This document shows positions 1 through 9,576 of a DNA stretch of 64,000 nt, one piece after another. Numbering within the stretch: position 1 is the stretch's first letter; every line of letters starts with the position of its first letter. A program made the translations under genes and the position numbers. This stretch comes from an uncultured Verrucomicrobiae bacterium (GTDB lineage Bacteria; Verrucomicrobiota; Verrucomicrobiia; Limisphaerales; JAFGQR01), in assembly GCA_963788655.1 (NCBI GenBank), contig CAWBHS010000072.1, forward strand, positions 1 to 64,000, given 5' to 3'. The notes beneath the pieces are model-generated. The model had not been told where the DNA came from, did no database searches, and was given only the letters and a program-made list of their open reading frames with translations.

Positions 1-5
1 CAGCA

Positions 6-1439
6 TTACCCGCCGAAAAGGCGCCAGATTTGCGCGACAAAGAAGGTCACCAGGAAACCCAGCGCCAACGGCAGCACCGCGGCGATGAGCGTCCATTTCT
101 TACTGCCGGATTCCTTGTAAATGGTATAGAGCGTCGTGCTGCACGGATTGTGGATCAGGCTGAAGAGCATCAGGTTGATCCCGGTCAACAAGGTCCAGCC
201 ACCCGCCTGGAGCACTTTATTGGTTTCCGCCAGCGAATCCGCTTCAAACATGACGCCTTTGCCAGCGCCAACTCCAGTCAAGTTCGCCATCATAACCGTC
301 AGCATCAGCACGGTGGGGATCACGATTTCGTTGGCGGGGATGGCAATGATGTAGGCCAGCAGGATGATGCCGTTGAGGCCGATCAGAACGCCGACCGGAT
401 CGAGCAGGCCCACGATATGTTCCGCCAGGCTGGCGCCGTGGTAGTGAACATTCGCCACCAGCCAGATCACCGCGCCGGCCGGGGCGGCAAACACAATCGC
501 CCGCCACAACACGTAAATGGTCCGGTCAATGAGCGAGGTGTAAACGATTTGCCAAACGCGTGGGGGGCGATACGGCGGCAGCTCCAGGCTGAACGTGGAG
601 AGCTCCCCCTTGAGCACGGTGCGCGACAGGAACCACGAAGCGGCCAGTGAAAGGAACACCCCGAGCAGGGCCACGCCGACCACCGCGCCCGCGGCCATTA
701 CGCCCGCCAGATACGACGGCGCCAGTGCGCCGATGAACAGGCTGGCGATGAGGATTTGCGTCGGCCACCGGCCGTTGCAGAGGGCAAAGTTGTTGGTCAA
801 CATGGCGATCAACCGTTCGCGCGGACTATCAATGATCCGGGTGGCGGTGATGCCGGCTGCATTGCAACCGAACCCCATCATCATGCTGAGGGCCTGCTTG
901 CCGTGGGCACCGGCGCGGCGGAACACATTGTCCAAGTTGAACGCCACGCGCGGCAGGTAGCCGAAATCTTCGAGGAACGTGAACAACGGAAAGAAAATCG
1001 CCATGGGCGGCAACATCACGGCGACCACCCAAGCCGTGGCACGATAGACACCGTCAATCAGCAGGCCACTGAGCCACGCCGGTGATCCCAAGTAGTTGGC
1101 AACCTGGTGGAGCAGGGGATAGAGCTTGCCGATCAATAAACCGCTCAGCCAACCGGAGGGGATGTTGGCGCCAATGATCGTGATCCAAAACACCAGCGTG
1201 AACAGGAGCAGCATCATCGGAAATCCCCACAAGCGGCTGGTCACCAGCCGGTCCATCGTCCGGTCCAAGTCGAAGCGTGGCCGGGTGCCGGGCCGGATGA
1301 CGGCGCGGTCGGCAATCTGGGCGGCTTCAGAGTAAATGGCCTCGACCAGTTTCTCGTGAAAGTCGCCGCCCACTTCCCAGCGCAAGGCTTGCGCTTGTTG
1401 AAGAATATCGGTTGGCTGAATGGTCGAGGGGCTGCTCAT
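6..1439 (-). CDS. feoB: Ferrous iron transporter FeoB, C-terminal membrane (Gate/FeoB_C) part
   Basis: Motifs [56 protein letters not shown]; many TM segments; ATGA overlap with upstream GTPase gene. Confidence 0.92.
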   Translation of the reverse strand: MSSPSTIQPTDILQQAQALRWEVGGDFHEKLVEAIYSEAAQIADRAVIRPGTRPRFDLDRTMDRLVTSRLWGFPMMLLLFTLVFWITIIGANIPSGWLSGLLIGKLYPLLHQVANYLGSPAWLSGLLIDGVYRATAWVVAVMLPPMAIFFPLFTFLEDFGYLPRVAFNLDNVFRRAGAHGKQALSMMMGFGCNAAGITATRIIDSPRERLIAMLTNNFALCNGRWPTQILIASLFIGALAPSYLAGVMAAGAVVGVALLGVFLSLAASWFLSRTVLKGELSTFSLELPPYRPPRVWQIVYTSLIDRTIYVLWRAIVFAAPAGAVIWLVANVHYHGASLAEHIVGLLDPVGVLIGLNGIILLAYIIAIPANEIVIPTVLMLTVMMANLTGVGAGKGVMFEADSLAETNKVLQAGGWTLLTGINLMLFSLIHNPCSTTLYTIYKESGSKKWTLIAAVLPLALGFLVTFFVAQIWRLFGG

Positions 1440-2278
1440 AAAGCGTAGGCCGTGGGTTCGGCGACCGCTGGCGTACCCGGGCGATCGGCCAGCGCGCTCA
1501 AGTCATCAAACTCCCGCTTGCGCACGGCCTCGATGATTCGTTCGTCGCCGTCGAGCAGCCGCAAAGCAACCCATCGCGCATTCGGCAAGCCCGGAAAGGC
1601 TTGTTCCAGTTGGGAAATTAATTTGTCCACCGCCACCTTCAGTTCGGGCGGATCATTCTTAAGGCGATATCCTCGGCAGTGAATGGCGCCGGTGGCGACG
1701 TCGTTGATGGTGGGCAGCAATTGGTCCATGCCTTCGCGATACCGCGCGGCCATGGGTACGACCGGCACCCCCAAATCGCGCGCCAGCCGCCGCTCGTCCA
1801 CCGTGAGCCCTTGTCGCCGGGCTTGGTCCATCAAGTTCAAACAAACTACGACGCGCGGGGTGATTTCGAGGATTTGCAAAACCAGGTTTAAATTTCGCTC
1901 CAACCGGGTGGCATCGACTACGGTCAACGTCACATCGGGCCGGCCAAACAGGAGAAAATCGCGGGCGACTTCTTCGTCCGGGCTGGCGGCCAAGAGCGAG
2001 TAAGTGCCGGGCAGATCGACCAGCTTGAACCGTTTTTCGCCGAACGCGAAACCACCTTCGGCGCGGGTCACGGTTTTGCCCGGCCAATTGCCGGTGTGCT
2101 GGCGCAGGCCGGTGAGCTGATTGAAGACAGTGCTTTTGCCGGTGTTGGGATTGCCGGCCAGCGCGACCACGTAATCCCATTTGTCCATGTTCACTCCGAG
2201 CCGCACCAGGCCGCCGGGGCGAAAGGAGGGGCAGCTTTCGCAGGCGCTGCCCGCCGCCGGTTTGGATTCAGACTTCAT
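1436..2278 (-). CDS. feoB: FeoB N-terminal small GTPase domain protein
   Basis: G1 GNPNTGKS, G2 GNWPGKTV, G3 [18 protein letters not shown]4 NLMD; no membrane domain. Confidence 0.92.
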   Translation of the reverse strand: MKSESKPAAGSACESCPSFRPGGLVRLGVNMDKWDYVVALAGNPNTGKSTVFNQLTGLRQHTGNWPGKTVTRAEGGFAFGEKRFKLVDLPGTYSLLAASPDEEVARDFLLFGRPDVTLTVVDATRLERNLNLVLQILEITPRVVVCLNLMDQARRQGLTVDERRLARDLGVPVVPMAARYREGMDQLLPTINDVATGAIHCRGYRLKNDPPELKVAVDKLISQLEQAFPGLPNARWVALRLLDGDERIIEAVRKREFDDLSALADRPGTPAVAEPTAYAL

Positions 2279-3342
2279 GCGACCGATGCCTCCGGGGTGG
2301 TGACTTGAATGAGATCACTTTGTTCTTTGCGCAAGGCAATCACCGCATCGCGCACACAGTATGCGGTCAGGTTGCCGCCGGGACTTTTGAATTCGGCAGT
2401 CACCAGCGTGCCTGGCAAAATACCCAGGTCCATCAGCCGGCGTCGTTCGGCACCGCGGCAGCGTGGTGAGATGCGAACCACCTTGGCCTGGCCACCGGGA
2501 ACCAAGCCACTGAGCCATTGGTCGCCAGTCGATTCGGTCGGTTCACGAGAACTGGCGGCGACCGCCGAAATATTAGACGCCACCACCGGTGCCAGCACCA
2601 GTTCCTCGCCATGGGCCCACAATCGCACGCGCTGAGGTGAGTTTTCCAACACGCGCACGATCATGCCGGGATACAAACCGGCGGCGATGATCTGGGCATA
2701 CACGGTTTCCGGTTCGTCCTCGATGTGAACGATACGGGCGGCTTGGTTGGCGGGCATGGCGGCCACGGTCACGGTGTCACGCGCCACCAGTTCGCCGTCC
2801 GCCGTGGGAATGGGGTCGCCGTGTGGATCATATCGGGGATGACCCAGTTGGCTTTCCAACTGCCGGGCTTGCTCGGGAGAGATGAAATGTTCCTGATGTT
2901 CGGCGCGGCGATGCCATTCCGCTTCCGCCACGCCGGTCTGTTGGGCCAGGTGTTGTTCCCACAACCGGTGGGCGCGAATGATGTTCAGCGCATAACGCCG
3001 GCCTTCGGCATTGAGGCGCATTTCCGCTCCCGGCAGTTCGAGCAGTTCCCGCTGGTGCAGGTCTTCGACCACGTCCGCGGCGCGGTTCAGGTTGACTTGC
3101 ATGGCTCCGGCCAGGCTTTGCAGTGTGGGACGCCGGCCATCCAGTTCGGCTTTGTAAATGTGTTTGAGCGCGTCTTCGGCTTGCACCCGCTCCCGAATTT
3201 CCCGCGATCGCTGCAACCGGCTCAACAGTCCCTGACGGGGCCAAAAAAAGTAAGCCAGGAACGCCAGCAGGACGCACCCCCATAGCAGCGCCACGAGCGG
3301 TTGCGCGGGTATCTCCGCCAGCAGAGAGGAATCGAGGATCAT
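2275..3342 (-). CDS. DtxR/MntR-family metal-dependent regulator with N-terminal TM helix and two FeoA domains
   Basis: EDALKHIY, RAHRLWE, AEHQEH, DPHGDPIP; FeoA-like AAGLYPG and RRLMDLGILPGT...IALRKEQ; start placed at MILDSS (3342), ORF track extends to 3477. Confidence 0.88.
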   Translation of the reverse strand: MILDSSLLAEIPAQPLVALLWGCVLLAFLAYFFWPRQGLLSRLQRSREIRERVQAEDALKHIYKAELDGRRPTLQSLAGAMQVNLNRAADVVEDLHQRELLELPGAEMRLNAEGRRYALNIIRAHRLWEQHLAQQTGVAEAEWHRRAEHQEHFISPEQARQLESQLGHPRYDPHGDPIPTADGELVARDTVTVAAMPANQAARIVHIEDEPETVYAQIIAAGLYPGMIVRVLENSPQRVRLWAHGEELVLAPVVASNISAVAASSREPTESTGDQWLSGLVPGGQAKVVRISPRCRGAERRRLMDLGILPGTLVTAEFKSPGGNLTAYCVRDAVIALRKEQSDLIQVTTPEASVA

Positions 3343-3618
3343 GAGCGTGCGGAACGTCAACCCGACCTCAGCCCAGGATGATGCGGGAAGAGCGCCACCG
3401 GCACGGCGGGTTAAAGCACCGTAGTTCTCGCCAACGCGGAGGTCGAGAAGCAAGGCGGGCCAGTGGAATGGTGCCACCGGGATGAAAGTCTCGTTGCGCT
3501 GCCGCCAACCCGATGGCGCGCGCGAATGACCGGATGCTGAGCTTAAATGAGTCGTCTTGTTTCATTTCGATTTGCGGACGAATCCGACACTCGCCAACAC
3601 TACCCGACATTCATCAAT

Positions 3619-3667
3619 GGTCAACGTTTTCCCTGGTTGACCGCAAAGGCACACTTTGCCAAGTGTG
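3619..3667. promoter_or_regulatory. Two perfect inverted repeats upstream of the feo operon (candidate operators)
   Basis: GGTCAAC-N10-GTTGACC (3619-3642) and CACACTT-TGCC-AAGTGTG (3650-3667). Confidence 0.35.
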
Positions 3668-3783
3668 ACTGCCGTAATCACCAAGAAACGGTTTCTGCGT
3701 TCCCCCTTAACCATGAGCATAGAATGTTCAGCCCACCGAGCCGCACAGGGTTACAGGAAGGTTGGTAACAATGAACAATGGAT

Positions 3784-3855
3784 TTCACCGCAAAGGCACG
3801 AAGGAGGCGAAGGAAGGCGGGCCGTTCTTTGCGCGCTTCGGGTCTTGGCGGTGAA
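3784..3855. repeat. Imperfect intergenic palindrome (REP-like)
   Basis: TTCACCGCAAAGGCACGAAG...CTTCGGGTCTTGGCGGTGAA. Confidence 0.55.
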
Positions 3856-3981
3856 TTGACGGCGGATAGGGCATTGGGTATGTGAGGCGCGGTAGATCAA
3901 TTCCATCTGATGCGCCCCCCGGTAGCAAATGGACGCAACTTACCTTATTGACCAACCCAAACTGGATCTCGATATCCAACG

Positions 3982-6900
3982 TCATTTCCTCGTTCGCTCG
4001 GCGCTGGCCGGCTGGTCGGTCGGCTTGAACCGCAGATTGCGGAAACTGACGCCGGAGTTGCCCCACGAATACAGTGCGACCGTTCCGGCCTGGAACTGCG
4101 CATCTGTGGCCTCCACGTCTTGCTCGCCGTCCACATACACGGTTACGCGCGGCCCTTCGAGGACGATGCGCACGTCGTACCATTTGCCGGGCTCGTAGCC
4201 GTTTGAGCTGGTCGCCAGTAAGGTGTAGTTCGTTCCCTGTTTGGCGGTCAGCGCGCGAAAGCCACGTTCGCTGTCCATCAGCCACAGATAACAATGCGCC
4301 GCGTCCGTGAGCCGAAACGCCACGCCCACGGTGTCGTTGTCGGTGGATTGAATTTCAAAGGTCAGTTCACCATCGCGGAATTGAAAACCTTCCTGGTAGA
4401 TATCGAAGGTGCCCGGGCGTTCGGCGCCGGGTGCCTTGCTCATGGCCTGCCCCAAGTTGACCAGTGTATTGGCGCGCTGGTTGAATTGTCCGCTGGTCAA
4501 CCTCCACTGGCTGGCGGGACTGGCTTTCGGGGCGTCCCAGACGCGCCAACTTGCTGGGGCCAAGGAAAGCACATTCGGATCGATGGTGAACCGGGCGGTT
4601 GCCACGCGGCTGGCGCGATGATTTGGCCCGAACGATCGGGCGCTGAGACTGACGGAATTGGTGAGCGGCAGCGGGTGTTTATACCGGGCGGAGTTGGCCG
4701 TCGGCAACGTGCCGTCGAGCGTGTAACGAATCTGTTCGGTGTCGGGTTGATTGGCTCGCAGGGCAACGGTAAGCGGTTGGCGCGAAGTTTCGCCGGGCGG
4801 ATCAATCACCGGCGGACGAACTCCATCGGGCTGCAGCGCCACCCAGGCCTGATTCGGGTAACTGCAAACGCAACCGGCACTGGCATCGGGCGCCAGCACC
4901 AGGCCGCCGACCGGCAGCACATTGATCCAACAGCCCGGACGCATGCCGCCAAACTCCTCGGTGCCGAGATCACACGTCAGATCGAAGTAGCCCAGGGTCG
5001 CGGAGCGAAACACCAAAAGATCTTTGGCGCTGGCCAGGATGCCGCAGCCGTAGGACCGCTGGAAATCGAACGCCCGCTCCTCGCCCGTGAGCAAATCCCA
5101 GGCGCCGCCTTCGGCGTAGATCGTCTGGCCATTGATCATTGGACGCGAGGTGTAACTGGCCTGGCGTTCCCAGGTCCGTTCGCCCGTGGAAAGATCGAAG
5201 CATGTCAGGCGTCCGCCCAATTCGCTGGCCAGCCGAAATCGCGTGGGCTGGAAACTCATCACCAGCTTGTTGTGCTCGGTGCTCAACAGGCAGACGGTTC
5301 CATAAATATCGTTGGTATTCCGCCATAACACCTCGCCCGTTTGCGTCGCCAGCGCGACCAATTCACCGCTGACATCGTTGGTGGGCTTGGCCCCCCGCTT
5401 TCGATCGTAAAGTGCCAAGGGCCGGTCGATCAGCACCACCTCGCCGGCACCAATCGCGATGGCATTGTGCCGAATGGAGTGCTCGGCATCGTAACGCCAT
5501 TTCAATTGGCCGCTGGTGGCGTTCAGGGCAAACAAGGTGTCCGACTCCGTGAGTTGGCCGGCCAGGTCACCGCCTTTCAGGTAGCGATACGTCACCACGT
5601 GCTCGGGATTGGCCAGCGAGCCATAAAGCACGCCATTCTCGTAAGCGATGTAACCCCACTTGACCGGTTTCCCGTTGCGCGGTGCTGGCGCGGTAAACGT
5701 GCCCAGCAGTTTTCCGGTGCGCGCATCCAGCCGCAGGCAATGATCGCCCCGGCGTACATACACACCGTCGTCCGAGAGACAGAAATTGCTGCCGGAACCG
5801 CTGGTGCCCATGAGATGGTCTCCGTTGTAGGCGGCCAGAATGCCGGGCAGCGGGTAAGTCCACAGCGTGTGACCGTTGTACGCATCGACGGCGATGAGAG
5901 TGTCAAGACCCTCGGAATACAAAATGCCATTGTTGAACAATGGGGCAGGGGGGCGGCCGTGGCGCTGGACCAGGCGTTGGTCCACATCCGCAAACCACAG
6001 CATCCCCAGCGGGCCTTTGACCAGTTGGTCGGTCGAGCAGAGCGTGTTGGCGGGATCGCAGTACTGGTGGGTCCAGTTGCCGGCACCAATCAACGAACCG
6101 CGGACGTTGACCTGCATGGCGCCGGGACGGCCGAGACATACGACACCGCCGTACGGTCGTTGCAACCGGATGGCTTCTTTTGGCGGCACAACGGAGGCTC
6201 CTTCATGGAGGGATCGACTCGAGACAATTAGATTGGCGAAGTAATTCGGCAGCCCGGTGTCGGCTGGATTGCGGCAAAGCACCGTTACGCGGGCACCATC
6301 CAATCCGGCTTGCTGGAGCCGGGCGCGCGCCGTGGTAACGTTTTGCGGATCATCATCAACCGCCAGGATCTGCAATTGCGTCCGTTGAGCGAGCGCGTAC
6401 GCCAACGCACCATCGCCACAGCCCAAATCCAGGCAGTAACCGTTCCTCAGTCCGGTCTGCTTCACGATCGCCTCCGCGGCGCGCTGCGCGAATTCGTTAT
6501 TGCCATAAGGATCGGAGCGTAACGCTGGGCGAATTGCACGCGACTCTTCGCCCTTCGCAGCGAAGCAATAGAGCTGGCCTTGGTCGGTGCTCACGTAAAG
6601 ACAGCCATCGGCGGCAGCCAATCCGTAAGCGGCACCTTCGACATTAACGGACCAAACTTCGTTGCTGGTTGGCAGACTGATCTGGCTAACGCGGTTGGTC
6701 ATTCCGAGGATGGCCTGATCACCGGCCACAATGAGTTCGACCGCGGCTTCGGCTGGAACGTGTGCAACTCGCTCGACTTCAACCGGACCGCGGAATGGTT
6801 GTTTTTTACCGCGCCGATCCACGCGTTCCTGGTTGGTCCAGCGATAAACGACCAGGTTGCTAACGGTGGCCTGCAACAGTCCGTCCGGCAAAGCCGCAGT

Positions 6901-7860
6901 GATCCCGACACCCAGACGGTTGACCGCAGTCCCCGTTTTTTGGTCATAAACAACATCGTCATTGACGAAAAACTGGTCGGCCATGAGGTTCCGGCTGCCG
7001 CCGCGATGACCATTGGCCTGAAGGTGGAAATATTCGAATTTGCCCGCTAGACGATCAATCGCCGCCGGAACTGCCCGGCCATTCGGCACCAGCAAATGGT
7101 CGCCGGCCGCTGCCAGATAGCCTTGTGGAGAAATACCACTATGCGCATTGGCCCCACCGTGAGGTTGCGCCATGTAAAGGCCGCCCGTGGTATCGTTCAT
7201 CCATTGCTCCTGGCCGGAGGTCGCGTCCAGCGCGTAAAGATAAATGCCGTCGCTCGGCCAGATACCAGCGGAGTAATAGACGGAACCGTCCACCAGCACC
7301 AGACCACCCCGGGCCGGCCAACGGGAAATCATCGGGCCGTTACCCAACACCATTTCCTGATTGGGCGCGCCGCGATGCTGCCAAAGCAATTGGCCGGTGC
7401 CAGCGTCCAGGCAGTAGGCCTGGCCGTCGTCGCTGACGGCATAGCACCGTCCGCTCGCCAGCACGGGAGCAAAGCGAACCGGCGCATCCGTGTGGAATGT
7501 CCACCGTTCATTCCCCGTCGCGGTATCCAGTGCGTGAATCTGGTCGTCACCACTGCTACCGAAGCAAACCACCCCGGCGGCTGCCACCGGTTGAAAGGCC
7601 CGGTCGAATTTCATCCGCTCTGAACGCGGCCACGCTGGTTGCGGCGGCTGAGTTGCTCGGTAGGACCAACGGAGGGTCAGTTGCGCCGGCAAGGCTTCGG
7701 CGGTGTATCCGCTGCGCTGCGGGTCATGCCGAAACGTCGGCCAATCCGCCCGGACTGTTCCGGCCAAGACGCACAGTCCGGCCAAAAAACCAAAGGCTTG
7801 GCAGCGTGCTATTCGCTTCGGTTCGATTTGAGTTTTCGGGCGCATTGCGGCTACCACCAT
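3982..7860 (-). CDS. Secreted PQQ-like beta-propeller repeat protein with internal class I SAM-methyltransferase-like domain, FN3-associated domain and C-terminal beta-sandwich
   Basis: Signal peptide then DWPTFRHDPQRSG; repeated LDAxTGxxxW; CLDLGCGDG; IRYTLDGTLPT; RSYGCG/RPGCW/CVC motifs. Confidence 0.8.
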   Translation of the reverse strand: MVVAAMRPKTQIEPKRIARCQAFGFLAGLCVLAGTVRADWPTFRHDPQRSGYTAEALPAQLTLRWSYRATQPPQPAWPRSERMKFDRAFQPVAAAGVVCFGSSGDDQIHALDTATGNERWTFHTDAPVRFAPVLASGRCYAVSDDGQAYCLDAGTGQLLWQHRGAPNQEMVLGNGPMISRWPARGGLVLVDGSVYYSAGIWPSDGIYLYALDATSGQEQWMNDTTGGLYMAQPHGGANAHSGISPQGYLAAAGDHLLVPNGRAVPAAIDRLAGKFEYFHLQANGHRGGSRNLMADQFFVNDDVVYDQKTGTAVNRLGVGITAALPDGLLQATVSNLVVYRWTNQERVDRRGKKQPFRGPVEVERVAHVPAEAAVELIVAGDQAILGMTNRVSQISLPTSNEVWSVNVEGAAYGLAAADGCLYVSTDQGQLYCFAAKGEESRAIRPALRSDPYGNNEFAQRAAEAIVKQTGLRNGYCLDLGCGDGALAYALAQRTQLQILAVDDDPQNVTTARARLQQAGLDGARVTVLCRNPADTGLPNYFANLIVSSRSLHEGASVVPPKEAIRLQRPYGGVVCLGRPGAMQVNVRGSLIGAGNWTHQYCDPANTLCSTDQLVKGPLGMLWFADVDQRLVQRHGRPPAPLFNNGILYSEGLDTLIAVDAYNGHTLWTYPLPGILAAYNGDHLMGTSGSGSNFCLSDDGVYVRRGDHCLRLDARTGKLLGTFTAPAPRNGKPVKWGYIAYENGVLYGSLANPEHVVTYRYLKGGDLAGQLTESDTLFALNATSGQLKWRYDAEHSIRHNAIAIGAGEVVLIDRPLALYDRKRGAKPTNDVSGELVALATQTGEVLWRNTNDIYGTVCLLSTEHNKLVMSFQPTRFRLASELGGRLTCFDLSTGERTWERQASYTSRPMINGQTIYAEGGAWDLLTGEERAFDFQRSYGCGILASAKDLLVFRSATLGYFDLTCDLGTEEFGGMRPGCWINVLPVGGLVLAPDASAGCVCSYPNQAWVALQPDGVRPPVIDPPGETSRQPLTVALRANQPDTEQIRYTLDGTLPTANSARYKHPLPLTNSVSLSARSFGPNHRASRVATARFTIDPNVLSLAPASWRVWDAPKASPASQWRLTSGQFNQRANTLVNLGQAMSKAPGAERPGTFDIYQEGFQFRDGELTFEIQSTDNDTVGVAFRLTDAAHCYLWLMDSERGFRALTAKQGTNYTLLATSSNGYEPGKWYDVRIVLEGPRVTVYVDGEQDVEATDAQFQAGTVALYSWGNSGVSFRNLRFKPTDQPASAERTRK

Positions 7861-7937
7861 ACTGGGCTGAAACGGTTCCGCAAGAAACCATCAAGGCGCC
7901 CGGTTTCATACCAAGACAGTCAGGGCCGGAGAGCCTC

Positions 7938-8131
7938 AGCCGTATTTATGCAGTGGCTGTGGCTGCGTTCGTGAGAACACGGCTGACTTCAAAGGAAAAC
8001 ACTGCGCCAACGGCAGCGTCCCACCGGTCACCGGAAAGCGACTGAAATGCCTTCGCCTGGATCAAGCGTTTTGCCGAGTCAGTCGGCCGCGTTCTCACGA
8101 ACGCAGCTACTCCAACCGTATCGTCACTGCT
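7938..8131. mobile_element. ~195-bp MITE-like element, copy A, carrying a GTAGCTGCGTTC-type REP doublet
   Basis: Ends AGCCGTATTTATGCAGTGGCTG...GTCACTGCT resemble the ends of elements at 18009 and 63793; internal inverted repeat 7959-7988 / 8081-8110. Confidence 0.65.
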
Positions 8132-8235
8132 TACTTGCCGGAATCAGCGCGCGCAAAATCGGCTCCACCCAGGCATCCTTTTTGATCGACTGGCCGAGGG
8201 ATTTATCTATCTGTTTGAAATAATGAGGAGTCTTG

Positions 8236-9549
8236 TCAATTTCTGATTTCTGATGAAGCCGGCGATTGGCAACGGAGCATGCGTTTGGCAAAGTCGCGAA
8301 GAAAGTCTTCGCGCCATCGGCTCACTGTTTTGGCGCCATGATACACACCTTCGGTAACTTCCGGGGACGGATCATCCGTCCACCAGTTGGGCAAATTCGC
8401 TGCCGGCTGCTGTGCCTTGCTGGGTGATGGTAAGTAAACCGAAATTGCACCGGTCTTTCCGTTGAGCGCGGGCACGTTGCTTTGAATCTGGAATCCATGG
8501 GATTTGGCGGCTTTCGGACAGAAACGGAATCGCATCGTCCCGTCGCCGGGCGCATGGCCGGATAGCTTTTGATTCTCCACTGCCAGGATGGCCTCAGGCT
8601 GATCCGGAGGGTCATTGCCGAGCGGCAATACGAGTTCCAGAACGCCAAACACCTCCATCCGATCCGCTTTCGTGGGCATGCGCTCCAGACGGAGATAGGG
8701 ACGCTTCCAGGCCCGCACAAATTGTCCGCCCCAACCGGGCTTGGACGGATCCTCGGGGGAGCCCTTGAGCACCCAACCCACGGATGGCGTGTCACCCATT
8801 TTAATGTCGGCCTTCTTGCTGACAAAGAAGTCGCCCAATGCGCCTTTGCCAGCGATATGTTTGGAGATGAATTCCTGATTGCCCCATTGGCCAGCCTGGT
8901 TGCCCCCAGTGAACCATCCGCGATACGTGGCATTGGCCTCGATGATCCACAGTCTGGGATGGTTCTCCACGAGGTATTGGTAGGCATCGGGACCCCATTT
9001 CTTGTTCGGTCCGCCGATGTAATACACTCGCAGCTTGGGCAGGATGTCGGGCGCATCGTGCAGTGCCTGGGCGACGTCTTCAATCAGACCCCAGACCAGG
9101 ACATAAAGCGGTCTTGGATCGTTGCGTCGTGCGCATTCAACGATCCATCTTGATCCCTCAGTCGGGCGTCGCACCCCCGCGTAAGGCGCCCGTTCGGTTT
9201 CGCCCTGTTTGGTGACCGCACGCAGTGAATCGGGCGTAGGGTATTGATCAGAATACATCTTCAGATTGACGTAATCCTTCTCGTAGCAATCAATGACCTC
9301 CAAAATGTGTTGTTTCCGACCGGCATCAAAGGGCGACGAAATAAGTCCTTCGATGTCGAGGATATCCGCGTAAACCAGCAAATGCACCATGGACTGAGAA
9401 TCATCCGGATCGGTGCCTCCGATGTCGGTCGAGACAATGACGCGTTGACGCTGGCCGGCAAGTGCGCCGCCCATCGCCTGTTGCGCAGGCTCGGCCGCGA
9501 ATGTGCCCAAGGTCAACGCAATGATTAGGATGAAGCAGTTGGGATGCAT
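8236..9549 (-). CDS. DUF1593 (nucleoside-hydrolase-like fold) secreted protein
   Basis: Signal peptide; RVIVSTDIGGTDPDDSQSMVHLLVYAD...IEGLISS; KMGDTPS; PGWGGQF. Confidence 0.85.
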   Translation of the reverse strand: MHPNCFILIIALTLGTFAAEPAQQAMGGALAGQRQRVIVSTDIGGTDPDDSQSMVHLLVYADILDIEGLISSPFDAGRKQHILEVIDCYEKDYVNLKMYSDQYPTPDSLRAVTKQGETERAPYAGVRRPTEGSRWIVECARRNDPRPLYVLVWGLIEDVAQALHDAPDILPKLRVYYIGGPNKKWGPDAYQYLVENHPRLWIIEANATYRGWFTGGNQAGQWGNQEFISKHIAGKGALGDFFVSKKADIKMGDTPSVGWVLKGSPEDPSKPGWGGQFVRAWKRPYLRLERMPTKADRMEVFGVLELVLPLGNDPPDQPEAILAVENQKLSGHAPGDGTMRFRFCPKAAKSHGFQIQSNVPALNGKTGAISVYLPSPSKAQQPAANLPNWWTDDPSPEVTEGVYHGAKTVSRWREDFLRDFAKRMLRCQSPASSEIRN

Positions 9550-9576
9550 GTTCTTGGAAGATTGTTCGGTTGGCGC

